64,000 nt of DNA from an uncultured Gemmatimonadales bacterium (GTDB taxonomy: Bacteria; Gemmatimonadota; Gemmatimonadetes; Gemmatimonadales; Gemmatimonadaceae): positions 416,001 to 480,000 of the forward strand of contig CAWBZV010000005.1 in assembly GCA_963793305.1 (NCBI GenBank), written 5' to 3'. Position numbers and translations under genes: made by a program. The notes under the pieces were generated by a model. That model worked only from the letters and a program-made list of their open reading frames with translations, searched no databases and was not told the DNA's origin. Below, piece after piece: positions 9,707-19,680 of this stretch; position 1 is the stretch's first letter, and each line of letters opens with the position of its first letter.

Positions 9707-10225
9707 GTGGACGCATCCGGTTATCTCTACACCATCGCGACCGTCGGCATGACCTTCGCGGGCCTGTCTGTCCTGACCATGATCCTTCGGCAACTGCTGG
9801 GGGGTCGAATGACCAAGTGGGACAGCTTCGTGGCGCGCACGTGGCTCGAGCTGGGATTCATGACATCGTTCGGCTCGATCCTGCCGCCGCTGTTGATATT
9901 GTGTGGGGCGCCGACGCCGACCGCATGGCGCATTTCCAGCGGCGTCGTGGCCGTCATTCTCGGGAGCTGGGCGCTGTCATTTCCGCTCCGTCGGCTCCGT
10001 GTCAACGCGACGCGTTTGCCAATACCGGTGGTGATATTCTCGCTGGCGATGGATATCACGGCGCTCGCTCTGGCGGCAAATACGATCGTTGTTCGTGGCG
10101 AGCTACTGGCAGGCGTGTATTCCGCCGCGGTGACGGCGATACTCGTCGGTGCCGCGATGTTGTTCCTGTTCGCCTACGTGCATTGGTACGACGCGATCAT
10201 CACGCACGAGCAGCCGACATCGTGA
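9707..10225 (+). CDS. Hypothetical integral membrane protein
   Basis: About 5 hydrophobic segments; start uncertain (GTG 9707 or ATG 9644). Confidence 0.65.
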   Translation: MDASGYLYTIATVGMTFAGLSVLTMILRQLLGGRMTKWDSFVARTWLELGFMTSFGSILPPLLILCGAPTPTAWRISSGVVAVILGSWALSFPLRRLRVNATRLPIPVVIFSLAMDITALALAANTIVVRGELLAGVYSAAVTAILVGAAMLFLFAYVHWYDAIITHEQPTS

Positions 10226-10229
10226 GTCA

Positions 10230-10267
10230 GGGGTGTACGACCGGCTTTCGCGTCGGTCGTACACCCC
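10230..10267. terminator. Hairpin between convergent genes
   Basis: 14-bp stem GGGGTGTACGACCG/CGGTCGTACACCCC. Confidence 0.65.
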
Positions 10268-10282
10268 CGTGAGACACGCCGC

Positions 10283-12745
10283 CTACCGTCTCGCCGAGCC
10301 CACCCGTCGACCGGCGCGGTTGTACAATGGGAGAAATTCAGAGTGCGGGTAGAACGCGAGCGTCCACGGCTGGTTGGCCGCCGACCCGTTCGCCGTACCG
10401 ATGGCGATGTTCGGTGTCAGTGACCCACCGGTCGCCAACTGACTCGTCGTGAATTCGTCAACGCCGTTGGCGACCGCATCGACGACCCACAGGTTCCTGT
10501 TGGTGTCGAACCCGAGCCCTTCGAACTGCGCGCCGCTCGCGGTGATGGTGACCGCCGGCGTGACCGTCGCGGTTGTGCCGAGCTGAGATGACGAGAACTC
10601 GATGACGCGACTGCTCCCGCTCGTCACCCAGAGGTTCCCGCTGTCATCGAATGCCAGATACTGCCCCACCATATTGTCCGTCGTATTCAGCCGCACGACC
10701 GGCTCGACGTTGGCCGTTCCCGATGCCGCGAGCGAGGCGGCCGTGTACATGTACTCCTGGCTGTTGTCGGTGTCGACGACCCAAAGGTTCCCGTTGAAAT
10801 CGAACGCCAGTGCCGACGGACCGCTCAAGGTCGCGTCGAACCGGCAACTGTTCAGCACCAAGGCTGGCGTCACGGTCGCCGCCCCGCTCAGCCCGGACAG
10901 TTGCGCGGCGCTGTACTCGTCGATCTGACACGGGCCGTAATTCGCCAGCCACATGTTGCCGTTGGCATCGAAGGCGAGGCCCTTGACGTAGCTGAGGCCA
11001 CTGTAGGTGAGCGACCCGATCGGTGTCGCGCCCGGAGTGCCGAGCGACGCAGCCGCATACTCTTTGAGCGTGTTCGTTTGCACGTCGACGCTCCACAGAT
11101 TGCCGCTGCGATCGAACGCGATGTTGATCGGATTGCCCCCGGGTAACGTCCCCGTAATCACATTGGCCGGCGTCTGGGCGCCGCTCGACACCAGCTGCGT
11201 TGGAGTGAATTGCGCATACTCATCGGCGCCGGTGGCGTCGGCCACCCACATCCCGGTCGGCTCCGGCACGTAGGTGACGGTGACGGACGCGGTCGCGTTG
11301 CTGGCGACCGTGGCGGGTGAGCCAGTCACGAGGGCCGTGTCCCGATACATACTCTCGCAGACTCCGCCCACGATGATGCTGGCGGTCACGCTGTAGCTGC
11401 CCGGCACGAGCCCGGTCAGTGTCTGTGTCGCACTGAGGCTTCGCGTGTACCCGCTCGGGCCCGTCACGGAGACGCTGGGGGTCGAGCCGCCTGGCGCGTT
11501 GACCGTGATCGTCAAGTTGCCCGTGAGTGGGGTGCACGTGACCGTCACGTTTGCGGTCACCGTCTTGCCAGACGTGAGCCCGGAATACGCGACCGGGCTT
11601 GGCGCCGTGCAGTTGGTCGGCAGTGACGACACGGCCACACTTCCGCTCCCGGCGCCGATCGGCACGGTCGCCGCGTACACGCCCGTGCCGGATGTCGTGA
11701 CCGCGGGAGCCGCCGAACCACCGGACGGTGTGACCGTCACGTTCGCGTTCGCGATCCCACCACCCAGACTGCTCGTGACCGTGCCACCGACCGTTCCCGT
11801 GAGTGGTGTGCACGTCACCGTGACGTCGACGGTCAGTGCGGCACTCGACGTGAGACCGGAGTATGCTTTCGGGCCCGGCGCGGTGCAGTTCGTCGGCAAG
11901 GAGGAGACCGCGACGGTGCCGGTCCCAGCGCCAACCGGCACGCCGGTGGCCGAGTAGCCACCGGACGACGACAATGTCACGGCCGCGATTGCCGTGCCGC
12001 CAGTCGGAGTCACCGTGACCGACGCACCCGCGATCCCACCACCCAGGCTGCTCGTGATCGTGCCGCTGATGGTGCTCGTGAGCGGGGTGCACGTCACCGT
12101 GATGTTGACCGTCACGCCGCCCCTGAATGTCAGGCCGGAATACAACGTCGGACTCGGCGTCGTACAGTTCGGCGGGAGCGACGACACGGCCACCGCGCCC
12201 GTGCCATCGCCGACCGATACACTGGAGACCGTGTAGGCGCCAGCGGACGACGACTGCACGGCCGCCAAGGCCGTGCCGCCGGTCGGAGTCACCGTAACCA
12301 ATGCACCCGGGATCCCGCCGCCCAAGCTGCTCGTAATCGAGCCGGTGATCGAGCCCGTCAAGGGAACACATGGGACCACGATCGGAACGATCACCGAATC
12401 ATCGGCGAAGAGCCCGGTATAGCCCACGGTCGGCGGCGCCGTGCAGTTCACCGGCACGCCGGACACCGCAATCGAGCCTGAGCCCGTGACGGCCGGGACG
12501 TCGATAACGCGGAACGTGCCGGTGCTGCCGCTCGTGACCTGCGCCATCGCTTTACCGCCGGTCGGTGTCACGACCAGCGAGACTCCGCTGAGCGAGCCGC
12601 CAAGGGAGCTCGTGACCGAGCCGACGATGACGCCGCTCGGCGCGAGGCCCGCGGACGTGTCATGGCAGGCGACGGCGAATGCGCCGAGCGCGAGCACGAG
12701 GCCGAACATGAGAAAAGACCAACGGGAAGCGCGGACCACGGCCAT
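10283..12745 (-). CDS. Lipoprotein with four tandem Ig/carboxypeptidase-regulatory-like repeats and a C-terminal NHL-like beta-propeller
   Basis: Lipobox AVAC; 4 x ~93-aa repeats; repeated (L/I)AFDxxGNLWV blades. Confidence 0.85.
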   Translation of the reverse strand: MAVVRASRWSFLMFGLVLALGAFAVACHDTSAGLAPSGVIVGSVTSSLGGSLSGVSLVVTPTGGKAMAQVTSGSTGTFRVIDVPAVTGSGSIAVSGVPVNCTAPPTVGYTGLFADDSVIVPIVVPCVPLTGSITGSITSSLGGGIPGALVTVTPTGGTALAAVQSSSAGAYTVSSVSVGDGTGAVAVSSLPPNCTTPSPTLYSGLTFRGGVTVNITVTCTPLTSTISGTITSSLGGGIAGASVTVTPTGGTAIAAVTLSSSGGYSATGVPVGAGTGTVAVSSLPTNCTAPGPKAYSGLTSSAALTVDVTVTCTPLTGTVGGTVTSSLGGGIANANVTVTPSGGSAAPAVTTSGTGVYAATVPIGAGSGSVAVSSLPTNCTAPSPVAYSGLTSGKTVTANVTVTCTPLTGNLTITVNAPGGSTPSVSVTGPSGYTRSLSATQTLTGLVPGSYSVTASIIVGGVCESMYRDTALVTGSPATVASNATASVTVTYVPEPTGMWVADATGADEYAQFTPTQLVSSGAQTPANVITGTLPGGNPINIAFDRSGNLWSVDVQTNTLKEYAAASLGTPGATPIGSLTYSGLSYVKGLAFDANGNMWLANYGPCQIDEYSAAQLSGLSGAATVTPALVLNSCRFDATLSGPSALAFDFNGNLWVVDTDNSQEYMYTAASLAASGTANVEPVVRLNTTDNMVGQYLAFDDSGNLWVTSGSSRVIEFSSSQLGTTATVTPAVTITASGAQFEGLGFDTNRNLWVVDAVANGVDEFTTSQLATGGSLTPNIAIGTANGSAANQPWTLAFYPHSEFLPLYNRAGRRVGSARR
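11522..12634 (-). repeat. Four intragenic ~279-bp tandem repeats
   Basis: Units start at 12634, 12355, 12076, 11797 (G(S/T)xTSSLGG...TPxGG...PxNC...YxGL...VxCxPLT). Confidence 0.85.
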
Positions 12746-12941
12746 CGCGACCTCGACGCAAAAAATGCGCAGTGGAGGAAATCGACATGCGCGACCGCGG
12801 CACGCGGCGACGCACACTGCGGCAGGGACGAGGGGCGCGACGTTTGGTTACTGATTAGCGCGCGCTAAGAGAATGCTCAGTACTGATTGATTGGACGCTG
12901 CGTTTGCGTCACGCCATCGGCACGAACGGACTCCGCGCAAG

Positions 12942-13808
12942 TCAGAGAGTGAACTGGCCCGTCGCGACGGATGCGACGTTCCCGCCGACGTCGATGGTGT
13001 CGCCGTCGATGGCGACGTGCAGGAAGCTGCGCCGTCCCATCTTGGTGCCTTGCTCGCTGGTCATGCGGGACGCGGTCAGGAGGCCGTGCCGCGTCATGAA
13101 CGAGGCGAGCGGGCCGGTCGCGCTCCCCGTCCCGGCATCTTCGGACATACCGAAGTCGGGCGCGAACATTCGCGAGTACGCACCCGTCAACGTCGGCGCG
13201 AAGGGAAAGATGCCGAACCCATCGACCATGTCGCCGCCCTTGAGCGTGGCGAGACGCTCCGGGTGCGCGCGATCCACGACGCCGGGGTCCTTGAGGGGGA
13301 TGAACAGCATCTGCAGGCCGGCACTGACGAACTGCGGCGCGATGTCGAGGAGGTCGTCGACGCCAAGACCCAGCGCGGCGGCACAGGTGGCGCGGTCGCG
13401 GGTCGGGCCATACGTAATCGGTGGCGTCCGCAACCAGATCAGCGGCCGATCGCCGGGGTCGACCCGGATCGGCACCGGGCCAACCTTTTCTTCCAGCGCG
13501 AAATTGGACGTGTTCCCCGGGACGAGGCCTTCGTCCAGCAGCACGAAGCTGGTTCCAATGGTTGGGTGGCCGGCGAACGGCAACTCCTTGGTCGGTGTGA
13601 AAATCCTGACCTGCGCCACGCAGTCGGGGCGCGTGGCCGGAAAGCAGAAGGTCGTCTCCGAGAGGTTGAGCTCCCGGGCAATGAGTTGCATCGCGCGGTC
13701 GTCGAGGCCGTGCGCGTCGGTGAACACGGCCAGCGGATTCCCCTCGAACGGCTCCGTCGTGAACACATCGACGAGGCGATACCGGTAGGGCCGGCGCACG
13801 TGGCTCAT
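12942..13808 (-). CDS. PhzF-family isomerase
   Basis: VDVFT..FEGNPLAV, NLSET, RIFTP, ELPFAGHPT, EDAGTGSA. Confidence 0.93.
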   Translation of the reverse strand: MSHVRRPYRYRLVDVFTTEPFEGNPLAVFTDAHGLDDRAMQLIARELNLSETTFCFPATRPDCVAQVRIFTPTKELPFAGHPTIGTSFVLLDEGLVPGNTSNFALEEKVGPVPIRVDPGDRPLIWLRTPPITYGPTRDRATCAAALGLGVDDLLDIAPQFVSAGLQMLFIPLKDPGVVDRAHPERLATLKGGDMVDGFGIFPFAPTLTGAYSRMFAPDFGMSEDAGTGSATGPLASFMTRHGLLTASRMTSEQGTKMGRRSFLHVAIDGDTIDVGGNVASVATGQFTL

Positions 13809-14182
13809 CGCGCGATGACCTCCAGCTCGACCAGGCCGCCCAGCGGCAGCGCGACGACCGCCACGGTCGTCCGAGCCGGATACGGCGCGCTGAACTGACG
13901 GCCGAACACCTCGTTCATCGCGGCGTAGTGCGTCATGTCCGTCAGGTACACGTTCACCTTGATGACGTTCTCCAAGCTCAAGTTCGCCGCCTGCAACGTC
14001 GCCTCGATGTTGCGAAAGATCCGTTCCGTCTGTGTCGCGACATCGCCGGCAATGAGCTTGCCGGTCGCGGGATCTTGAGCGACCTGTCCACTCAGGTACA
14101 GCGTCTCACCGGCGCGAATGGCTGGCGAAAAAGGACCGACCGGCTTGGCGATTTTATCCGTGGTAATGGCGGTTCTGGCCAT
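13805..14182 (-). CDS. RidA-family enamine/imine deaminase
   Basis: GPFSPA, LYLSGQV, KVNVYL, MNEV, PART, LPLGGLVELE. Confidence 0.92.
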   Translation of the reverse strand: MARTAITTDKIAKPVGPFSPAIRAGETLYLSGQVAQDPATGKLIAGDVATQTERIFRNIEATLQAANLSLENVIKVNVYLTDMTHYAAMNEVFGRQFSAPYPARTTVAVVALPLGGLVELEVIAR

Positions 14183-14193
14183 AAGGCGCCCGA

Positions 14194-15165
14194 TTACAGG
14201 GTGAATACGATGGAGCCGTGGGTGCGGCGCGCCTCGAGATCGCGGTGCGCCGTTGCCGCATCGGCGAGCGCGTATCGTCCGCCGATGGTCGGCGTGATCG
14301 CGCCCCGCGCCACCATGTCGAAGACCGACGCGGCCGATTGCTCCAGATCGGCGCGGCTCGCGATATAATGCGCGAGGCTCGGCCGCGTGAAGTGCAACGA
14401 GCCCTTCTTCATGAGGGTGAGCGGCTCGATCGGCGGCACGGCGCCCGACGCGTTGCCGAACGTGATGAGGCTGCCCGTCGGTTTGAGACAATCGAGAGAG
14501 GGCATGCACGTATCGCGGCCGACGCCATCGTAGACAACGTCGACGCCGCGACCACCCGTGAGCTCTTTGACGCGGGCGACCCAGTCCGTCGTGCGATAGT
14601 TAATGACGAAGTCCGCGCCGAGGGCCGTGGCCGCCGCGCACTTCTCGTCGGACCCCGCGGTCCCGATGACCGTCGCGCCGAGCGCCTTGAGCCAGCCCAT
14701 CGCGATCGTGCCGGTGCCGCCGGCCGCCGCATGCCACAACACCCATTCTCCGGGTACGACGTGGTAGCAGCGCTCGACCAGGTACTCGACCGTCATGCCC
14801 CGCAGCATGAGACCAGCGGCAATGTCATCGGCGACCGTGTCCGGCAACGGGATGAGGCGATCGGCCGGCGCCAAGCGCGCCTCGGCGTAGCTTCCCGGGA
14901 GAAGCGCATACGCGACCCGCGCGCCTGGCTCGAGACCGGTCACGCCCGGTCCAATCGCTTCGACCACGCCCACGCCCTCGACACCAGGGATGAACGGCAG
15001 CGGCTGCGGGTACAGGCCGCTCCGGTGGTACGTGTCGATGTAATTGATCCCGATCGCCGTATGCGCGAGGCGCACCTGTCCAGGCCCGGGTGCGCCGAGC
15101 GCGATCGTCTCCCAGCGGAGCACTTCCGGGCCGCCTGTAGCGGATATGCGAATAGCACCCGTCAT
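14194..15165 (-). CDS. qor: NADPH:quinone oxidoreductase (zeta-crystallin family)
   Basis: GGPEVL, GINYIDTYHRSGLYP, HAAAGGTG, VVYDGVG, FGNASG. Confidence 0.93.
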   Translation of the reverse strand: MTGAIRISATGGPEVLRWETIALGAPGPGQVRLAHTAIGINYIDTYHRSGLYPQPLPFIPGVEGVGVVEAIGPGVTGLEPGARVAYALLPGSYAEARLAPADRLIPLPDTVADDIAAGLMLRGMTVEYLVERCYHVVPGEWVLWHAAAGGTGTIAMGWLKALGATVIGTAGSDEKCAAATALGADFVINYRTTDWVARVKELTGGRGVDVVYDGVGRDTCMPSLDCLKPTGSLITFGNASGAVPPIEPLTLMKKGSLHFTRPSLAHYIASRADLEQSAASVFDMVARGAITPTIGGRYALADAATAHRDLEARRTHGSIVFTL

Positions 15166-15191
15166 GCGCACAATCTGCGTCTCGTGGAGAG

Positions 15192-15206
15192 TTGCGTCAA
15201 ATGCAA
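15192..15206. promoter_or_regulatory. LysR-type binding site (T-N11-A)
   Basis: TTGC-N7-GCAA between divergent qor and lysR. Confidence 0.55.
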
Positions 15207-15231
15207 TGTTTTCACTATTATGTTGCTCGAT

Positions 15232-16122
15232 ATGCTGGATGAGATTCGATCGTTCATCGTGCTCGCCGAGTCCGGCTCGTTGCGGCGCGCGTCCGAGCGG
15301 CTGTTCCTGACGCCGTCGGCGCTCACGCGGCAGATTCAGCGCCTGGAGCACGCGCTCGGGACTTCGCTCCTCGATCGCCGCGTCAAGCCGGCGCGGATCA
15401 CCCGTGCGGGTCGGGCGGTGCTCGATCGCGGACGGCACGTGTTGCGGGTCATGGATGATCTCAAGGCCACGGCGTCGCCGAACGCCGAGCCGACCGGCAC
15501 GTTCCGATTGGGGATCGCCCACGCGCTCGCGCAGGCCAGTCTCGTCGGCGCGATTCAGAGATTGACGAATCGGTTCAGCCAACTGCGGCCGGTGATCACG
15601 ACGGATCTCACGCGGACGCTCCTCGAGCAGGTGCGGACGGGCGCCCTCGACGCGGCGCTGACGCTCATGCCCGCCAGCGGGGGCGCGCCGAGCGACGTGG
15701 ACGCCGCCGTCGTGGCCACGGAACGGCTCGTGCTGATCCGCTCGCGCGACCGCGAACGCCGGTTGCCCGGGCCCGACCTCGACGCGCCGTGGGTGGTCAA
15801 TCCACTGGGGTGCCTCATTCGGCAGGCACTCGAAGTGAAGCTGCGCGAAATGGGATTACCGTTCCGCGTCGCCGCCGAGATCCACAACGTCGAGATGCAG
15901 CTGTCGCTGGTCGCCGGTGGATTGGGGCTCGGGGTCGTGCCGGCCCGCCTCCTCGCCACGCATCCGCGGCGCCGGCATCTGGAGCAGCTCACGCGGACCG
16001 GCGTGACGCTGTCGGCCGCGATCGTCTTCGTGCGCGCCGGTCACCTCGGACAGCTCGACATCGCAGCCGAGTTCTTCCAGGACGCGCTCACGGAACACTT
16101 CGCGCCTAAGGGGACGAAATGA
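15232..16122 (+). CDS. LysR-family regulator
   Basis: GSLRRASERLFLTPSALTRQIQRLEHALGTSLLDR; alternative start ATG 15220. Confidence 0.92.
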   Translation: MLDEIRSFIVLAESGSLRRASERLFLTPSALTRQIQRLEHALGTSLLDRRVKPARITRAGRAVLDRGRHVLRVMDDLKATASPNAEPTGTFRLGIAHALAQASLVGAIQRLTNRFSQLRPVITTDLTRTLLEQVRTGALDAALTLMPASGGAPSDVDAAVVATERLVLIRSRDRERRLPGPDLDAPWVVNPLGCLIRQALEVKLREMGLPFRVAAEIHNVEMQLSLVAGGLGLGVVPARLLATHPRRRHLEQLTRTGVTLSAAIVFVRAGHLGQLDIAAEFFQDALTEHFAPKGTK

Positions 16123-16733
16123 GGAAGATTATTGCGACCGCGTTTGTTTCGCTCGACGGTGTCATGCAAGGTCCTGGCGGCCCAGCAGAAGATCCGAGCG
16201 GCGGGTTCGGTCTCGGGGGATGGTCCGCGCAATACTCTGATGAAAAATCCGGCGCCGCTGTCATGCGGATGGTGGGCACCATCGCCAAGCCAAATGACGT
16301 TCTGCTCGGGCGCAAGACGTACGACATCTGGACCGGCCATTGGCCGCATGTTCCTGCGAACGATCCCATTGGACCGGTGTTCACCAAGGCCAACAAGTAT
16401 GTGATGACCGGCGGCACGAGCGCATTGGCGTGGGCCAACAGCCACCAGCTGCACAACATTGACGAATTGAAGAACGTCAAAACTGGCAACGGGGCTGACA
16501 TTGTTCTGTGGGGCAGTTCGACGCTCTATCCGCAGCTGTTGGAGGCCAATCTCATCGACCGCCTGCTGCTGCTGACATTTCCCGTGATGCTCGGAAAGGG
16601 GAAAAAGCTCTTCGGCAACACCACGCATCCCGTCGCCATGAAGCTTTTGGCGAGTGAGGTAAACTCGACCGGCGTCATCATCGCCACGTACGAGTCGCCC
16701 AGAGCCCCGACGTTCTGGAACGCGTCCACGTAA
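16119..16733 (+). CDS. Dihydrofolate reductase-like (RibD C-terminal) protein
   Basis: SLDGVMQGPG, LLGRKTY, WGSSTL, LGKGKKLF. Confidence 0.9.
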   Translation: MRKIIATAFVSLDGVMQGPGGPAEDPSGGFGLGGWSAQYSDEKSGAAVMRMVGTIAKPNDVLLGRKTYDIWTGHWPHVPANDPIGPVFTKANKYVMTGGTSALAWANSHQLHNIDELKNVKTGNGADIVLWGSSTLYPQLLEANLIDRLLLLTFPVMLGKGKKLFGNTTHPVAMKLLASEVNSTGVIIATYESPRAPTFWNAST

Positions 16734-16841
16734 ACCTGGTCACTCCGACGTCCACATCACGAAGGTGCGGACGCGGCATGCTGGGCTGATCGTCTCGAGC
16801 CATCCGCCAGTCGCGCGATAGGTGAGCAGCCAATGGAGGAA

Positions 16842-16915
16842 TAGGCCGAGGTGGAGTTGAACCACCGACCTCACGCTTATAAGGCGTGCGCTCTAACCAC
16901 CTGAGCTACCGGCCC
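16842..16915 (-). tRNA. tRNA-Ile, anticodon UAU (CCA not encoded)
   Basis: GGGCCGG TA GCTC AGGTGGTTA GAGC G CACGC CT-TAT-AA GCGTG AGGTC GGTGG TTCAACT CCACC TCGGCCT A; complete cloverleaf. Confidence 0.93.
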
Positions 16916-16980
16916 CGAAGCAATCGGCCCCCAAGCGAATCGATCGACAATGCGACGCACGCTCGGGCATCCTTCTGGGA

Positions 16981-17458
16981 TTAGCGCCTGATCCCGCGCT
17001 CTTTCGTCACTTCATGGAGTACGTGCGTAGCCTGTCGGGCAGTGTGTACGGTCGCCGCATGTACGAGGTCATGCGGTATTGGGACGAAGACCTTCCGGAC
17101 TGGGACGCGCAGGACCACGAGTTCGCGGGCGCTGTGGCGGAACCAACCGAAGTGGGTCGTGTCGCGCTCGTTGAAGTCAGTCGGTCCCAACGCCACACTC
17201 GTCGAGGATGACATCGAGGCGGTGATACGTGGGCTGAAGGCTCAGCTCGCTGGGGAGATTGCAGTTGGTGGACCAGACCTGGCGCGAAGCCTGGCCGACC
17301 TTGGTCTTATCGATGAGTATCGACTCTACATCCGGCCCTATGTGCTTGGTCATAGCAAGCCGTTCTTCGCGGGCCCCCGGCCCCCGCTCCGTCTCGTGGC
17401 CAGCGATCGACTCAGCGAGGACACGATTCGACTGACGTATGTTCCTGCCGCTTTGTAA
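16981..17458 (+). pseudogene. 5'-truncated, frameshifted DHFR-like (RibD-C) gene
   Basis: APDPALFRHF...YGRRMYEVMRYW / WRNQPKWVVSRSL...LIDEYRLY in two frames (extra G near 17128); N-terminal SLDGY segment absent. Confidence 0.75.
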
Positions 17459-18003
17459 GTCTGCTCCAAACCATAACACGCGCCCGCCTCTTGACCAGTC
17501 GGCGCTTGCCAAGCACGCACGCCTGCTTCCGCAGCGTTGAGCGTGGCGGATCTGACCTTCTCCATGTGCATGCGCTCACCGTAGGAACGTCTACCTTAAG
17601 CATCGAACAGTTGGACGTGGCGTGGTCGGGAAGCGCCGAAGATCATGAGCGCAGGTGAAGCAAGTGCTATGGCGACCTAGCGCCCGCCGATGATCACCCC
17701 GGCACCTGGCGGCGCGACGATTTATCGCGGCGGTGTACTGGGCCATCGCGGTGGCAGCGGCAGGCCAGCCGACAAAGTTCGGCGGGCTCTCGTGGGGCTC
17801 GCGAGCGCTCACGTAGCCACGACGCCGCAGCTCGCATCGAGAGAAACACTCCAGTCATCATCCTGCCGGAACTCGGGACCGAGCGGACAACGCGGACATG
17901 GCAAGATTTCACGGGTCTAGTCCAATGCATGTGTCACCCGATGGCAGCAAGATCTTGATCGATCTCTAGTGCGGTATTCACTGTGCGCTCACGAATTGAG
18001 GCG

Positions 18004-19086
18004 ATGAAGCGCGTAACCCTTGGCGCCTTTCTCCTGGCGGCAAATCCGGCCGTCCGGAAACCACAGATTGTTGGCGCTCAGGAGCCTGCGCGCGTACAGG
18101 CGGACCCCAGACAGCTGATCGACCATATCACAAAGGCTGTGCTCGCGGACAACACGGTTTGGCTCTTGGATATCAACGGGCGACTCTCGCATGTCCCATT
18201 GGATTCGATGCGCCTCGTCCCGGATACCGCACTTGGCACCGTTCTCGATTTCGGGGTCGACCGTAAGAACCAAATCGTCGCGGTCGTGGAGCAGTCACGC
18301 GTTGCCGTCGTTTCGCGACGTGATGCGCGCGGGCAGTGGCATGTCGATGCACAACTGCCGCTGCGCAATACGACGGCAACCGTGATAACGATCGTGTCCG
18401 CTAGCGACCCCATCATGTTCTTGACGGCAGAAGCCATCTACACCGAGCAGGGGAGGTCTTGGCAGCGCCGCCAATTGGTCCCTGCGCTCGATTTGCATTC
18501 CGTGCAACGATCGGTCGCCGTGACATTGGACGGCAGCGTATACGTTGGCACCAACGTCGGCGAATGGGGCGGCACGCTGTGGCGCGTGAGTGGAGGCTTG
18601 GCCGGCGATCGCGCGCAGTCGGTGGCAACGGCGAGAATCGCCAGATCATTGGCACTTCCCGTGACCGGCATTGCCCAGGACCCGGAGCATTCTGCCTGTG
18701 TGATCGCGTCTATGGGGCTACTGCACATGTTAGAACGCGGCGGCATCGTCAGGGTTTGCGGCGACTCGGCCACGGTGCTCTTTGAGCAACCGTGCCCCCG
18801 CGCGGCGGGTATCGATACGGTCAAAGGCGCGCGGCTCGCCCGCTCCTGTCGGTTGGCAGTGTTCGCCATCGCGCCCTCTCATGGAGGCTTCTGGGCCGCA
18901 ACATCTCGCGAGCTGGTGCGATTCCACGATGACGGGATAGCTGAGCGATTGCCGATGCCGAGTTTCAGGAACATGGGCGGAATACCCCTCTCGGTGGCCC
19001 GTCCAGGACTGGTGATCGTTCGGACCAACATCAACTGGAGCGTATCGCTCAGTGGACCGACGCCGCTCATTCTCTCGGAGCCATAG
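18004..19086 (+). CDS. Hypothetical secreted protein (possible beta-propeller)
   Basis: Long ORF, signal-like N-terminus, YVGTNVGEWGG motif. Confidence 0.6.
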   Translation: MKRVTLGAFLLAANPAVRKPQIVGAQEPARVQADPRQLIDHITKAVLADNTVWLLDINGRLSHVPLDSMRLVPDTALGTVLDFGVDRKNQIVAVVEQSRVAVVSRRDARGQWHVDAQLPLRNTTATVITIVSASDPIMFLTAEAIYTEQGRSWQRRQLVPALDLHSVQRSVAVTLDGSVYVGTNVGEWGGTLWRVSGGLAGDRAQSVATARIARSLALPVTGIAQDPEHSACVIASMGLLHMLERGGIVRVCGDSATVLFEQPCPRAAGIDTVKGARLARSCRLAVFAIAPSHGGFWAATSRELVRFHDDGIAERLPMPSFRNMGGIPLSVARPGLVIVRTNINWSVSLSGPTPLILSEP

Positions 19087-19374
19087 CTTGGCTGTCGCTC
19101 CGTTCCGCGATGGGACTCCGATCGAGATCGTACCCAGTCCGGCCGATCGCCTGCGTGCGAGTCACGGCGGCGACACTTCGGCGCGGCGCGGTCCGTCACA
19201 CCGGGCGGTTGCCCGTCGACTAACCAGGGCGGCCTCCGCCGCCTGTCGACTGCCGCTACCAGCGATTAGGCGGTGAGCTCGAATGCGTGATGGCGCACGT
19301 GTTTGCTTGCGTGTCGATCTCGTGCGCTCGCGCATTGGCCACGATGCATGGTTCATGCGACCCGATCGTCTGCT

Positions 19375-19392
19375 GTCTTGAACAAATGCAAC
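19375..19392 (-). promoter_or_regulatory. Regulon box 1
   Basis: GTTGCATTTGTTCAAGAC. Confidence 0.7.
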
Positions 19393-19496
19393 ATGCCGCG
19401 TCTTACGTCGACACAGTAGGCCGGTTGTGCATGATGGCGTGTTGTGACGTCACGCGACCTTGCGCCGCCTAGCGCTGACGAATATTGATGTTCCCT

Positions 19497-19680
19497 ATGC
19501 GTGCCATGCTCATTCTCGTTTGTGCTCGCCGCCGCCTGCGTGGGTCATGCCACGCCTCGGTTGGACCCCGCGGTCTACTCGAAGCTCTGCTCACCGACGA
19601 CCGATGCTGAAACCGCAAAGCGCGGCGGTTGCGTACTGAACGACCACGTCACCTCGAAGCCTGAATGGGTGCTTCCCTAG
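19497..19680 (+). CDS. Small (~60 aa) lipoprotein, masked by an extra T near 19520
   Basis: Removing one T gives MRAMLILVVLAAAC-VGHATP...C...C...WVLP*. Confidence 0.45.

Noticed and set aside
12942..13808. Phenazine biosynthesis cluster
   Set aside because: Lone PhzF homolog with RidA and qor; no other phz genes
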